Shown: positions 25,981-39,861 of the stretch, one piece after another
Layout of the letters: every line of letters begins with the position of its first letter
Numbering within the stretch: the first letter of the stretch is position 1
Assembly: GCA_051294375.1 (NCBI GenBank)
Contig: CM119264.1
Coordinates: forward strand, 20,178,248-20,242,247
From: Paraspadella gotoi
Taxonomy: Eukaryota; Animalia; Chaetognatha
Direction of reading: 5' to 3'
Length of the DNA stretch: 64,000 nt
Position numbers and translations under genes: made by a program
The notes under the pieces: model-generated
Seen by the model: the letters and a program-made list of their open reading frames with translations, nothing else
Database searches by the model: none
What the model was told of the DNA's origin: nothing

Positions 25981-28362
25981 CTAATCTAGTCCGTATTGCC
26001 TCTGCTCCTCCAGCGTAGCGCAGTCTTCGATGATCGCCTCCGACGCGAGATACAACTCTTCCGTCGACTTAGCTCCCAACGCCTCACCAAGCTCTTCGTC
26101 GAGATTCTCCAGGGCGTGGAGCTGCCAGGTACAACGGGGATTGGCGATGCCTGTCCCAAAGAAGTTGGGAAGCAAACCATTGAGAGGGGACGTGGTGTAT
26201 ATGTAATTTTCTATAGTGCCGTCGTTTAATCGAGCGATATTTTTCAAAACCGCAAAATAAACTGGGGACATTGGTCATTAGGGTGGAGTGATGAAAAGAT
26301 TGAGCGATGGAACAATGTTTTTTTGCTGCCTTTGTATATGTAATAAAAGATAAGCCTTTTTTTTTTAATTTGCATAACAGTTTCATTAATTAAATTTTTT
26401 ATAGTAATATCTTTATAAAATCATAAAATCATATTTTTTTTAATTTTCAGAACAGTTTCGGATTCGCCAGAAAAGCTAAAAACTTTTGTAAAATATGTTA
26501 CATGATATTTTTAGGTTAAAGCTGCGAAAATGATCAAAATGTTTCATCATATAATAGTTTCTACTACAAAGCGTAAAAACGTGGAGAATTTGACCTTTTT
26601 TTCTATTTTTGACGCTGAAGACATTGAAATTTTTAATAACAAATTTTATATTTTTGATTTAACTTTTTATGAAGAATCAGAATCTTTAATAAAATTTTTA
26701 AAAAATTATTTTAAAAATTTATGATTTTATAAGGATATTACTCTAAATATATTGTAATTAATGATACTGTTCCCCAAACAATATAAACAAAATATTTTTT
26801 GTACTCCTTAATCATAATATTTCACGTCTAAATATTATTGTTTGTTTACTCAAATAAAATTTATGTTCCCCAGTGCTCCACTCTAATGGTTAATGTACAC
26901 GATCAACATTTCAACCTCCATGGAAACCTTAGATCATTCGTCCTCCGTTATTGACGCATTTCCTTCAATCCCTCCCACTTACCCTTTTGAATGCTTTCGT
27001 CGATAATGTCCTGATGCATCTCCCGCAACTTGTCCACATTGCGCATTTTATCGAGCCCGTAGGTCCTGGTAGCCACCGTGTAAAAGATCTGTTTGCCAGC
27101 GGAGGAGAACATGGCGTCCTGTCGGCCCATGGCGTGGTCGTCTGCCACTTTTCGTTCCGCGCGGTGGCGTTCCACGGTTGCCTGTGGTACGTTTTGATTA
27201 AGATAGATGAAGATGATTAATTGAATGATGATGATGAATTAAGAAAAATACACTTGTTTCTCAGAGGTTTGGCGTTTCTTCGTTTAGTAAATGTAACATG
27301 TCTAAAAGGACGTATTGGCTATACTATAGGCCTTCATTCATTCTTTCATTCCGCACGCACTTTTTCCATCTCCGTAAAGTCGAGATCGTATTTGACGCTC
27401 CACAACCACTCGCGATCTCGCTCCATCGTCATCAATTGAGCGATTCGGTCCCGCTCCATCTCATGGTGCTTTTCCTAAAAAAGGAAATACTAAATTGAGT
27501 CGTACGTGGTAAAATGAAGCTGGCATGGATGGATATTTCATATAATTGAACATATATTTAGTTATCGGACATTTTTTACGAATTACTTGAAGTATCATGT
27601 CCAAGTGGCTAACGTAACCGGCGTCCTCCACGCGGTGTTCGGCAGTTCCAGTCAGGAAAAGGAGGCGCTCTTTGATCGGATCGCGGCGCCATTTTGATCG
27701 AGCTAGTCTGTCCACCGAAACCTTCAAATTATTGTCATTAAAATTAGAATAAAATAAATTATTAAAACTTTTTAAATACATAATTATTACTAATAACTTT
27801 ATTCTTTAATGAAAACAAAGAAGACCTGTTGGGTTTTGATGAGACGTCGACGGGTGGGTTTTTTTTTCGGGTTGGCTGGTGGCTTGTTTAAGTTGTAGTC
27901 CCAGTCCTCGGATTGCGGCGCCAAATCGTAGAACCTAATATCACCTAACCCAAAGGCAGTGTCTACTATGGCGTAAAACTTCTAGCGCTTTATTGCTTCT
28001 TACAAACATGAAATTTAAAATACAGCAAGTAGGAAAGGTTGAGATTAAAAGGGTCCGAGTCGAAATTTAAGTTAAAAACTATAACGTCAAAACAATGAGA
28101 ACAAAATGGAAAAAGTAAGTACTACAACTTAAAAATATTGTAATCAAACAAATGGATTATTCTTTTTTTTCACGAGTAGCTTATCGGCTGACTTTATCTA
28201 GAAATAATACATGTTTAATAAAAGTCTGAAATTTTTTTGATATTTTTACCAGTTTAATTTTTTTTTTTAAATTTTCTTACGTTGGTTTAAGCTTTGCGCG
28301 AAATTCCTGTCAGTGGAACGTTTGGTCGAGGTGGAATCTCTTATCACTACGTTCGACTCCAT
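25981..28362 (-). CDS. Six-exon gene of unknown function, about 309 aa
   Basis: Exons 28281-28362, 27826-27944, 27587-27721, 27361-27474, 26983-27181 and 25981-26261 splice in frame; each is a GC-richer island. Confidence 0.65.
26279..26885 (-). mobile_element. hAT-type MITE (family A variant)
   Basis: TAGGGTGGAG...CTCCACTCTA; TSD degenerate (TTGGTCAT vs ATGGTTAA). Confidence 0.85.
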
Positions 28363-30992
28363 CGTTGAATCTTTAAAAACAAAATCTTAAAAGAATAGTG
28401 GTCTCGCCAGACGAGAGGAGGAAATAAAGAAATAAAAAAAGACAAAAAATTGATGCGATGATAACTAATAACCAATAATTGATGCGATGATAACCAAATG
28501 ATTGTTGCAATGATAACCAAATGATTGATGCGATGATAGTCATTCATTAATGTGATTATAATCATTCATTGATGCAATGAATCATTCATTGTAAATAAAA
28601 CAAACAAATGCGTGTATGAGTGAGAGAGAGAGAAAAGAGAGACAGAAAAGAGAGAAAGAAAGAGAGAGAGAAATTAGTGAAACAGGTTTTTTTGTTTTTT
28701 CCATTTAAACTCATTTCCACTCTGACGATTCCATTGAAACTTAATTTCCAACTTAATCACACGCTTCCCTACTCACAGACAAAATTTAATTCCATTCCAC
28801 CCATCCAATCACGAGTAATTGGAGTTTTTTGCTAAGGTGGGACGGACGGACAGATGGATGGACGGACAGATGGACGGACATCATTTTTAGTTGGATCTGC
28901 TTTCAGCAAAATCCGACTCTATAATTCACTTTGTCAGTCCGACAACGACGACGTTATTATCGATACTGTTACTGTTGTATTTAAAAAAAATCATCGTTGG
29001 ATTTTGACATCTGATCTCTGAACGTTCGTGAACGTTATATTTTATAGTTTCTTATGAATTAGTTCATAATATTTTACTCATGATTCCATTTTAAACATAA
29101 AAAAAAAATCTTAAAAGTATAGTGATCTCGCCAGACCTTAATATCAAAGAAAATTAATGAAAAAGTACTATAATCTAATTTGCAAGTTGAAAAAATTATG
29201 CAAGTTTAAAAATTATACAAATTGAAAAAATTATGCAAGTTTAAAAAAGTATGCAAATTGAAAAAATTATGCAAGCTTAAAAAACTATGCAAGTTAAAAA
29301 AATTATGCAAGTTGAAAAAATTATACAAGTTGAAAAAATTATGCAAATTAAAAAATTATGCAAGTTAAAAAAATTATGCAAGATGAAAAAAATTATATAC
29401 GTTGAAAAAATTATACAAAAAATATGCAAGTTGAAAAAAGTATGCAGGTTGGCAAGATAAAAAGTGTGATGCCGATGACAATAACAACGACGACGATGAC
29501 GATGATGTCACAAATCAGAATCAGAAGCAGCAGCGACGGAGAAAAAGAGAGAGAGAGAGCGACATATAATTAAAAGAGAGAGAGAGAAGCTGAACTCGTC
29601 CGGTAGCCTCGGAGGTAGCGCGAGCTCCTCCCAATCCAAAGGACTCGGGTTCGCGCCCTGCTGATTCACAAAAGAAAAGCAAAAAAAAACTGAATAAAAA
29701 AAATTTTTGTAAAAAGAGAGAGAGAGAGGGAGAGAGAGTGAGAAAGAGAGAGAGAGAGAGAGAGAGTTTTCCCACCAACGAGACGCATTATTAGGTCACT
29801 CGTTTATATCGGTTTTCCGTTGCTCGCAACGGCGGCGTGAAAATTAGGTCATGTTGATTTTTTTTAATACACGTAACGTTTCCGTTGCCATCGAACGCGT
29901 TATTAGGTCATGTTCCTCGACATTGTTTACTCGTTGCCTCGCAATGACCACGAAATATAGGTCAAGTAAGTTATTATATTTTGGGAGAGATCATACAGAG
30001 AGAGAGAGAAAGAGAGAGACAGAGAGAAACAGAGAAAGAAACACACAGAGAGAAAGACACAATAATATTTTTGACTTCCAAATATTTTTTTTACTTATAA
30101 AATTTATTTCCTCAATTTAAAAAAATTTAATATTGAATTAAATTTTAGATTGTTCTTTTTTTAGGAAGAAACCAGACCGAGGTCAAATTTTATAATTGCA
30201 TATTTACCTAATTTATAAATAGTTATCACAACTCAAATAATTATTATTTTAAAAAAATATAAAAATGATTGAATATATAACACTAAAATTATTTATAAAT
30301 TTAATAATAGTAAAAATTATCAGAATAACAAAAAAGTAATGTTTAATTTGACTATATCTCTTTTCTCAATTCTTATTTTAGATATAATTTGCCAATAGTG
30401 TGCTGACCAGTCCAAAGTTACAGTAATAAATAAAAACAAAAAAAATTATTTGTTTTTAATAAATAATACATGCGATTGATACATGCAATTAAATTATTCC
30501 GTGCAATTGCGCGATATATAGCAGTTATCGCCTACCTGTCACATTAGCTGATGCACATGTGAGATGTGACATTGCATGTCATTATAAGATATTTTTTACT
30601 TTTTTAAAATGTATTCACAAAAATCTCGGATGTAAATTTGGGATTTTGTATTGAAGGAAAAAAATAATGAAAAAATGAACGATCACGCAAGAGATCGTAA
30701 AGAAAGAGAGAGACAGAAAGAGAGAGAGAGAAAAAGTGACTAAAAAAACAGGAGAGAAAGAGAGAGAGAGAGCCGGAACTCGTTTACTCGTCGCCTAGTG
30801 ACGGTAAAAAAAAAAGTGAATAAAAAAAAAAAAAAAGAGAGAGAGAGAGAGAGGAAAGCCTAAACTCGTTTATACGATTCAGAAAAGGCAGCGCCTAATC
30901 AAAAAAAATTTTTTTAAAAGAAAAAAAATAATCAGACTTTTTCAAAAAAACGAACGATCACGCAAGAGATCGTACAGAGAGAGAGAGACAGA

Positions 30993-31029
<37 letters not shown>

Positions 31030-31119
31030 AGCTGAACTGACGCCGCAGAGCCGGAACTCGTTTACTCGTCGCCGAGTGATGGTGGTAAAAAAAAAAGTGA
31101 TTAAAATTTTTTTTTTTTT

Positions 31120-31155
<36 letters not shown>

Positions 31156-31544
31156 TAGAGAGAGAGAGAAAGATAGAGAGAGAGAGAGAGAGCCGGAACT
31201 CGTTTAATCGTTTACTCGTCGCTTAGTGACGGTGGTGAAAAAAAAAGTGATTAAAAATTTTTTTTTTTTTAAAATAGAGAGAAGAGAGAGAAAGAGACAG
31301 ATAAAGAGAAAGATAGAGAGAGAGAGAAAGTTTTCCCGCCAAGATACGCAATATTAGGTCACTCTCGTTTATATCGGTTATCCGTTGCCTAGTAACGGCG
31401 ATGTGATCTGGTCAAGTTGATTTTTTTATACACGTAACGTTTCCGTTGCCATCAAAACGCGTTATTAGGTCATGTTCCTCGATATAGTTTGTTGAAATGC
31501 AGGTCAAGTAAGATATTCTTAACATTTTCTCAAAAAAATCCATA

Positions 31545-32420
31545 AAAATCTCAGATGTAAATTTGGGATTTTGTATTGAGAAAAAAGCGCCGGAATAAAT
31601 GGTGATAATAAAAGTTTTTAGAAGGAAAAAATAATCATAATTTTTCAAAAATGAACGATAACACAAAAAATCGTACAGACAGAGAGAGTCACAGAGTGAG
31701 ACACAGAGAGAGACAGACTGAGAAAAACAGACAGAGACAAAGCTGGACAGCTGCTGGAAGGCCGCTGTACAGTCACTGCAGAGCCTAAACTCGTTGCAGA
31801 AAAAAAATTATATAATTTAAAGAAATAAAAGAAAGGCAAAAATATGTTACAATTGTTTACAATTAGAAATTTTTTCAATTTTTTCCAATCGCAGCTTATA
31901 AAAGATTTTATTTTTATTTGTATTAAAATTAAGATATAGCTTCTCATTAAAAAAAGTTCCCATTTTTATTAGAGATTTAAAAAAAAAATTTTGAATTTCA
32001 TCTTCAATATTATATACTGCAATATGTAAATTAGTTTAAAGCATTTCTATATACTAATTTGGATATTATAATGAATACTATAATCTCATTTACATATTGC
32101 AGTAAATCATAATGAAGTGGAAATTCAAACAAAAAATACTTAAATCCAAATATAATAAAAAAATATCAAAGCTATTTCAAGATGAGTAGCCATATCTAAA
32201 TTTTTAACTTACTATGATCGCACACTTTTGTAAAACTTTATCATAATTCATAATAATTTTTATTTGAAAAAAAACGGTAAGTCACAGCCAAACCTATAAA
32301 AGCGTAGTAGTTTTCATATAAAAACAGCGTGACGCCGATGACGACGACGACTACGTCACAGAGAAGCAATCCTAAAACATTATAGAGCCTGAACCGGCTT
32401 CGCCGGTCATGGCTCGATAA
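31545..32420 (-). mobile_element. Helentron/DINE-like element (family 2), inverted relative to the 21892 copy
   Basis: Reverse-complement homology to about 21892-22930, including the terminal hairpin. Confidence 0.65.
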
Positions 32421-32602
32421 AAAAAAAATCGACGACGACGTCCTAAAGAATCTGAGCTTAAAAATTAGGATAGTTTATATACTACCCATTATGTCTCGTA
32501 TTCAAATTGTGCTGTGTTTCGCTCTCAACTTTTATTGATACCGAACTACGTATAATATTGTATTGTTCAAGAGCTAAATCAAAGTAAATATTAATATAGA
32601 AA

Positions 32603-33328
32603 TTAAAGCGACCACCATGGCAACGCTGGGTTGCCCCTGATGGCCAATTGAGTGGGATATCTCATATAACCCGTTGCCATTTGCTGCTTCGGACCCTCAA
32701 TGGCGTCGCCTGCCACCGCCGCGGTTACGCTAGTAGCGTCTCGCTTTGACAATGTAAGGTTAAGACGTGCCTCGTGGATAGAACTCATTATTTTACGCGG
32801 CTCGCCTCGTAAGGGTTGGAACCCTAGCATTCCTTTTATATTTTGGGCGGGAGGCGTAGATTCATCATCATCTTCCTCCTCATCATCGTCGTCATATGTA
32901 GAGGCGTTGAGGTTGGCGTCGCTGGCTCCAACGTTGGCGTCTTTCACCGAATCTATAAAACCGTCCTCGCCCGTTCGAATACGCGCTCTTCCCGCGTTCT
33001 TTTTCTTGGTCGTCATCCCCTTCGTCTTCTTGAAATTTTCGTCGACTTCAGAGATTCCAATGTCTATCCAAGGCAGCGCCCGAGGAATGGGAACCGCAGC
33101 GCGAGTCGGGACTGCGGACGTCTGCGGAGGGGCGGGATGCGAAAGCCGCTTCGAATTCCTGTTTGAATTGGTTAGGACTTACTAAACATTTGTTGTTAAT
33201 TTGTAATTTGTGGCAACAACAACACGAAATATCTGAAAAACTTACCTATTCTTCGATACATTAAGCGATGCGTATTTAAATTGCGCGGCACGTTCCATTT
33301 GCCAAAACGCTTGCTCCGCAGCGAGCAT
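32603..33328 (-). CDS. Last two exons of an unknown, low-complexity protein gene
   Basis: Exons 33246-33328 (MLAAEQAFWQMERAAQFKY...) and 32603-33158 join at phase 2; acidic DDDDEEEDDD tract; upstream exons not resolved. Confidence 0.6.
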
Positions 33329-33750
33329 CTGGCAGTAATGATAGTATAAAAAATTGCTAAGAATTTTTTTTATTGCTCATAATTTTTCACAACAAAATAA
33401 TGAATACATTCAAACGTAAATAAAAAGAAAACATTTGTTCAAATTAACCACAAAAGCGAGATAAATACGTTAGTTTTAATTAACTGATTGATTATGGGAA
33501 AGGTTTACTCTCTCTTTCGCTTTTGAAGACCAGAAAATGGTTTTTAAAGCTGCTATCCATATGCTTAATTCTAATTTTTTCTTGCTCTTTCAGTTTCTCG
33601 TTCAGTTTCTATTTCATTTTCTCACCCCCATCCCGTATTCTTGCTCGTACTCTCTTTACATCAGTCAAGTCAAGACACTTATTAGATTTTAAAATTGGAA
33701 TAACGAATATAAAATTGGTACAACTAATATAAAATTATTCATTCATTCAA

Positions 33751-34612
33751 TAACAAGTTTGAGCAAACAATGTCGGATCAGCCTACGATAATTAAGCGGT
33801 AATAAACTAATCCGATGATAAATCATGGTAATTTTTCTGACATGATATAAATGAAGGCCCGAAATGATTGAGGGGGTGGACCGACGGACCGACAAAGTGA
33901 TTTATAGAGTCGGGATCTGCAGATCCGACTAACAAGTTTGAGCAAACAATGTCGGATCTGCCTACGATAATTAAGCGGTAATCAGATGATAAATCACAAT
34001 ATTCTTTTAAATTTTTTTGAACTTGAATGATTTTTTCAACTAGCATCATTTTTCAACTCGCATCATTTTTTCCACTTACATCATTTTTATAACTAACATC
34101 ATTTTTTTAATTTGCATCATTTTAACAATTTGCATCATTTTTTCAACTTGCATCTTTTTTTTAACTGGCATCATTTTTTTTAACTTGCAAAATTTTTTCA
34201 ACTTACATAATTTTTTTAGATTACATCATTTTTTTAAATTGCATCATTTTTTCACATTAATTAATTAATTAATTAAAACTTTTATTAGTAATCATAAATA
34301 ATAAAGATTCAAGTAAATGTGACTTATGTTTTTTCCATTTAAACTCATTTCCATCGAAACTTTATATCCAGCTTCATCCCACACTTTCCTACCCACACAC
34401 AAAATTTCATTATTGGAGCTCTTTGCTAAGGTGGGACGGACGGACGGACGGACAGACAGACAGACATTTTTTTTGCATAATTTATCATAATTCGATGTTC
34501 TGACATGATGTGAGTGAATGCCCGACAAGATTGAGGGGGCAGACCGACGGACCGACAAAGTGAATGATAATTTATAGAGTCGGGATTTGCTGAAAGCAGA
34601 TCCGAATAAAAA
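33751..34612 (-). mobile_element. Helentron/DINE-like elements (family 1): one short and one longer copy in tandem
   Basis: Ends AACAAGTTTGAGCAAACAATGTCGGATCTGC and GTCGG(G)ATCTGC...GCAGATCCGACT; (GGAC)n/(AGAC)n microsatellite; internal minisatellite. Confidence 0.7.
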
Positions 34613-35490
34613 AAGCTCTCTTACCCCTGACTGGAAACAGGCAAAGGTGAAAATACAATAAGAGATAATGAATTCGCTTCCATTGTGATTGTCATCCTAC
34701 CATTGTGCCCATTGTCATAAGCTTCAGTTAATTTTACGTTAAATAACGTTTGCATTCGATTTACTAACCTCAATCTACTTTAATCTTTGTTGCCGTTAAA
34801 CAGAAAATCACCTATAAACTTTTCTCTTCAAGTCACTTGAGATAGCTTGTAATTTTTTATTTAATTCACCTTATGTATTAACGGTAATTGTACTTTCTTC
34901 TAAAGATTTTTATTTTCGCGTTTCAGGTTCGTTGCAGTTAATTATTCGCTCTAAGCTTTTACGAACTTCATTCAATTTTAAAATTCCTTTTCAGTAAAAA
35001 AACCTTTTGTTCGTGTATTACATTTGCTATGCAGGATGTGCTCGAGAAACATCGCGGCATAAACTCAGAAAGATAACAAAATAGCAGTTGTTAAAAATCT
35101 TATTCAATAATCTTATTTAATAATAAAAATTTTAATAATTGATTGAGGATGGTATGACCAAAACAGTCCTGGCGAAGGGGGGAGGTGACAGTAACGTCAA
35201 AAGCTGTGGTGGTCTTGTTCCGGCATCTTTTCCAACCACGGATGGTGAAATCCCCAGTAGAGTGGAGCACTCAAGAACAAAATTTATTTGAATGATCGAA
35301 CAAGGATATTTAGATGTCAGATAGTAGGTTTAACTAGTACAAAAAATATTTTGTTCATATTGTCTCGGGAACAGAATAGTAAAACATAATATATTTTTAT
35401 AAAAATTACTAAATTTAGTAATATTCTTATAAAATAGCAGATTCGAAAACGAAAGTTTCAATATTTTTACAACGATTTTATTTACAAAGT

Positions 35491-35537
35491 ATTGGACATG
35501 TTTCGACTCTTGTTTTTCGAGTCTTCATCAGCATTTG
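35491..35537 (-). ncRNA. Minimal type I hammerhead ribozyme in the Penelope 3' end
   Basis: CTGATGA-A-GACTC-loop-GAGTC-GAAAC-ATGTC; stem I is weak. Confidence 0.7.
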
Positions 35538-35568
35538 ACAGTTTGTATTTTCACAATCATAAAGTTGG

Positions 35569-35657
<89 letters not shown>

Positions 35658-36183
35658 CCAACAAAGAATTGAGAAAGGACAGTGGTCAGAACTCAGGACA
35701 GGTGAAGGCAAGGACAGGAGAAAGGGGAAATAAGTTTGATTTTGAAATGGTGAAAAAAAGAGAGAGAGAGAGAGAGAGGAGAGAAGAGAGGAGAGAGAGA
35801 GAAACATTACATTTTTGAAATGTACAACAAGATAAATGAATCAGTAAACTAAATGAATAATAACAAATAATAATAAATAGTTGATTTAACTAATGGAGTA
35901 TAAGTGAAAGTGAAATTTGAAGAATAAGTGGTGAGGGATAGGTAAGTAAAAGATTTTAGGGAAAATTAGTTAAGAAAGAAGTTTTCAAATTGAGCTGCCC
36001 CCCCCCCCGGCCGGGCAAATGGGGGATGTTGGCGATGTTGATCGGGTCATTGACCTGTCAAAGGCTGAGAAGATATTTTTGTAGAGTTCGACACCCTGGG
36101 ATCAGGTAGTGATCCACTTGGGAAGATGCCGAGTGCCACTCGAATATCTCTTTGGCCTGATAAGCCTGCCGACTGCCCTCCTC

Positions 36184-36720
36184 TCACCTGCCGTGAGGTG
36201 GGCGATTGCCTGTTCTTGCCTGCTTTGATGCAGGTGATACAGACTCCTCTCCTTCCTCCTGCAGCCGTCGTTTTTTGGTTCGACGCTCAGTGTGAGAAGG
36301 GTCACACCAAGTTGCTGTAGGATCGGATGTCCATTGCCTGCTGAGAGGCCTCCGCCTGACCCGTTGAGTGGGGACAGGGGAATCACCGTGCGGTTGGGGT
36401 GGTGTAGGGTGTTCCACCGCCAACTTGATGAGCGAATCGTAGCTTGGAGGGAGCTCGAATCGTCCTCCATCACGGTTCAGAGAGGGCTCGAGGGCTTTGA
36501 TGTAAATTGCCTCTCTAATACCTCTTGAGAACCAGTTTTGGTCATGGGACAGCATGAGACACTCAGTTTCTCTAAACAGATGGCCCGTATTGGCCAAATG
36601 TTCTGCTATGGCCGACAGGTAGTGACCTCGACTGTCTTTATACGGCTTCTTGTGCTGTTGGAACTGATCTGATAGAGACTTACCTGTCTCACCCACGTAT
36701 GCTGCTGTGCAGGCTTGGTT
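36184..36720 (-). pseudogene. GIY-YIG endonuclease fragment of a Penelope-like element
   Basis: AAYVGETGKSL...QH...SAIAEH...GH...REAIYIKALEPSLNRDGG. Confidence 0.88.
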
Positions 36721-38245
36721 GCCCGCCCCTGCATAAAATAGTAAATTTTTAAAATAATTTTTTAAAAAATTTTTAATAAAGATTCAGATTCTTCATAAAA
36801 AATTGAATCAAAAATATAAAACGTTATCAAAAATTCTGCTCTTAAAAATAAAAAAAAAATTTGAAATTTAATGATTTTATTATTTAAATATTTGAATTTA
36901 TTATACTGTTATGCTAAAAATTTTAAAATTTTGGTTTTATGTTTTAAACTCTTTTCCACTCCTACAATTCCATCATAAACTTATATCCAGCTTAATCTCA
37001 TAGTTTCCTACCCACACACAAAATTTTATTTCAATTTATCTATCCAATTTTTAATCAATATAAAAATTATGAATAAATATAAGTAAAAATGCTTCAAGTA
37101 AATATGACTTTTGTTTTTTCTATTTAAATCATTTCTACTCGCACGATCATTAGTAAATTAATAAATTAATTAATTTGATCCAAAAAGTTTGTTTTTAAAT
37201 CTTTCCGTCACTTACTATGACAAAAGCAACGACAACGATGATGGCGACGACGACAATAATGTCGATAACGATTGACTTGATTGATTGATTAATTAATTGA
37301 TAAATAAATTTATTGAATAATTAATTAATAGATAAATAATTGGTTGATTTAATAATTAATTGAATGATTGACTGATTAATTATTCATTGATTAATTAATT
37401 AACTAATTGATTAACTGATTAATTATTTGATTAATTTTTACATCTTGCATTTACATTTAATATAAAAATAAAAAGAAGCATAATCAATTAATGAAACAGG
37501 TTTTTTGTTTTTAGTCGGATCTGCTTATCAGCAGATCCGACTCTATAACTCACTTTTTCGGTCCGTCGGTCCGCCCCTCAATATTGTCGGGCACACACTT
37601 ATATCATGTCAGAACATTCGAATTATGATAAATTAGCAAAAAAAACGATGTCGTCCGTCTGTCTGTCGCGTTCCGTCCGTCGCGTCCGTCCCACGTTAGC
37701 AAAAAACTCCAATTACTCGTGATTGTATGGATGGATTGGTATGAAATTTTGTGTGTGGGTAGGAAACTGTGTGATTGAATTTGATATGATTCGAGGGAAT
37801 CGTGCGAGTGGAAATTGGTTTAAATGGAAAAAACAAAAAAATATATTTCACTATTTGACACGCCAATTGCTCATGAGTGGATAGGGCAATTGACTGGAAA
37901 TTTTTATGATGGTAGGGAAGTGTGTGATTGGAGCTGGATATAAAGTTTCGATGGAATCGTGCGAGTGGAAATGAGTTAAAATGAAAAAACAAAAGTCAAT
38001 TTTGAAGTATTTTTACTTATAAATTTACTCATAATTATTATAGTTATTAAAAATTGGATAGATAATAATCGAAATGGAATTTTGTGTGTGGTAGGAAAGT
38101 ATGTGATAAAGCTGGATATAAATTTATTGATGGAATCGTAGGAGTGGAAAAGAGTTCAAATTAGAAAACCAAAAGACACATTTATTTGAATTTTTTAAAG
38201 TTTCTCTCTCTCTATCTCTCTCTGATTGATTGATTGATTGATTGA

Positions 38246-38600
38246 TTGACCAAATTATGCCAATTGAACAAAATATTGCCAGTTGACCAAATTCTAAAGT
38301 TGACCAAATTATGCCAGTTGACCAAATTCTGCATTTGATCAAGTTCTGCAAATTGACCAAATTATGCCTGTTGACCAAATTATGCCTGTTGACCAAATTA
38401 TGCCTGTTGACCAAATTATGCCTGTTGACACAATTATGCCTGTTGACCAAAATTCATGCCAGTTGACCAAATTATGCTAGTTGACCAAATTAGGCCAGTT
38501 GACCAAATTAGGCCAGTTGATAAAATTATGCCAGTTGATAAAATTATGCCAGTTGATAAAATATGCCAGTTGATTAAATTATGCAAGTTGACCAAGTTAG
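38246..38600. repeat. 18-bp minisatellite (GTTGACCAAATTATGCC[A/T])
   Basis: Tandem array; it accounts for the (NLVNRH)n pseudo-ORF. Confidence 0.9.
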
Positions 38601-39829
38601 CTTATTACCACTTAATTATCGATTGACCTGGAATTTTGTTATGTGAGTAGAAAGGTGTTGATTGAACAGGAAACCAAGTTTCGATGGAACTTTTGAGTGG
38701 AAATGATTTTAAATGGAAAAAAACACAAAAAACCTGTTTCACTAATTGATTATAATTCTTTTTCCTTTTATTATTAAATGTATATCCAGGATGTATTAAT
38801 AAATCAAATAATTAATCAGTTAATTAATCAATTAGTCAATTAATTAATCAATAATTAATAATCAGTCAATCAATCTGTCCATACCGTCCCACCTTAGCAA
38901 AAAGCTCCAATAACTCGTGATTGGCTGGTTGGATTGGAAAAAATTTTGTGTGTGGTAGGAAAGTGTGTGATAAAGCTGGATATAAAGTTTCGACGGAATC
39001 GTGTGAGTTTAAGAGGAAAAAACATAAGTCGCATTTACTAATTATTTAACCAATAAGTACTCTAATTAGTAATTAATTATAATTGGATGGATAGATTGAG
39101 TTCAAATTTTTTGTGTGGGTAGAAAAATGTGTAACGATGCTTGATATAAGAGTTTCGGTGGAAACGTACGAGTGGAAATGAGTTTAAATGAAAAAATATG
39201 AGTCACATTTACTTGAATCTTTTTACTTATTTTAACCCATAATAGATTGAAATGAAAATTTGTGAGCGGGTAGGAAAGGTGTGTGAGAAGCTAGATATAA
39301 AGTTTTGACGGAATTGTGCCAGTGGAAATGAGTTTAAATGGAAAAAACATAAGTTACATTACTTGAATCTTATTATTTATGAGAGAGAGAGAGAGAGAGA
39401 GAGAAGAAGAGAGAGAGAGAGAGAGAGCAGAAAAATGAGCATAGGATCGTCGCAATTGCAAAGAGAGAGAGAGAGTGTAGAGAAGCTTGGCTCTCTTACG
39501 CCTCTTGAGGTGAGGATGCGTCCACTTGGTCGTAACTTATCTGACGAAAGTATCCCAAAACGTTTATGAACTGAAGCTCGAAAAGTCGGAAAAGAATAAT
39601 GCGTGAATAAAACGTAAATAAATGTAATAAAATGTAAATAAATCCGTGGAGAAAATCGAGATCAAATCGAGAAAGAATCAATAATCCGCGTAGAAGGATC
39701 AAATAAATCGTAGAAGAATCTCCAGTAAAAACGTAATGGAAACTTTGTAAGAAAGTAGTTGACGGTCTCTCAAAATGTGATCCAGTGAATCTAAATCTGT
39801 CTTGTTTGATCTCGTCCTAGTAAAGTTTG

Positions 39830-39861
<32 letters not shown>

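Larger units (their letters stand above)
35438..36732 (-). mobile_element. 5'-truncated Penelope-like retroelement
   Basis: GIY-YIG endonuclease C-terminal part and 3' hammerhead; flanking duplication ATAAAATAG (35429-35437, 36733-36741). Confidence 0.85.
35258..36920 (+). mobile_element. hAT MITE family A copy split by a Penelope-like insertion
   Basis: MITE sequence runs 35258-35437 and resumes at 36733. Confidence 0.75.

Noticed and set aside
27253-27318. Extra micro-exon in the 309-aa gene
   Set aside because: Its phase does not fit the downstream exon; skipping it keeps the frame.
35478-35818. Poly-SL / poly-ER ORFs
   Set aside because: Translation of a (GA)n microsatellite.
38124-38450. 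(NLVNRH)n repeat protein
   Set aside because: Translation of an 18-bp minisatellite.
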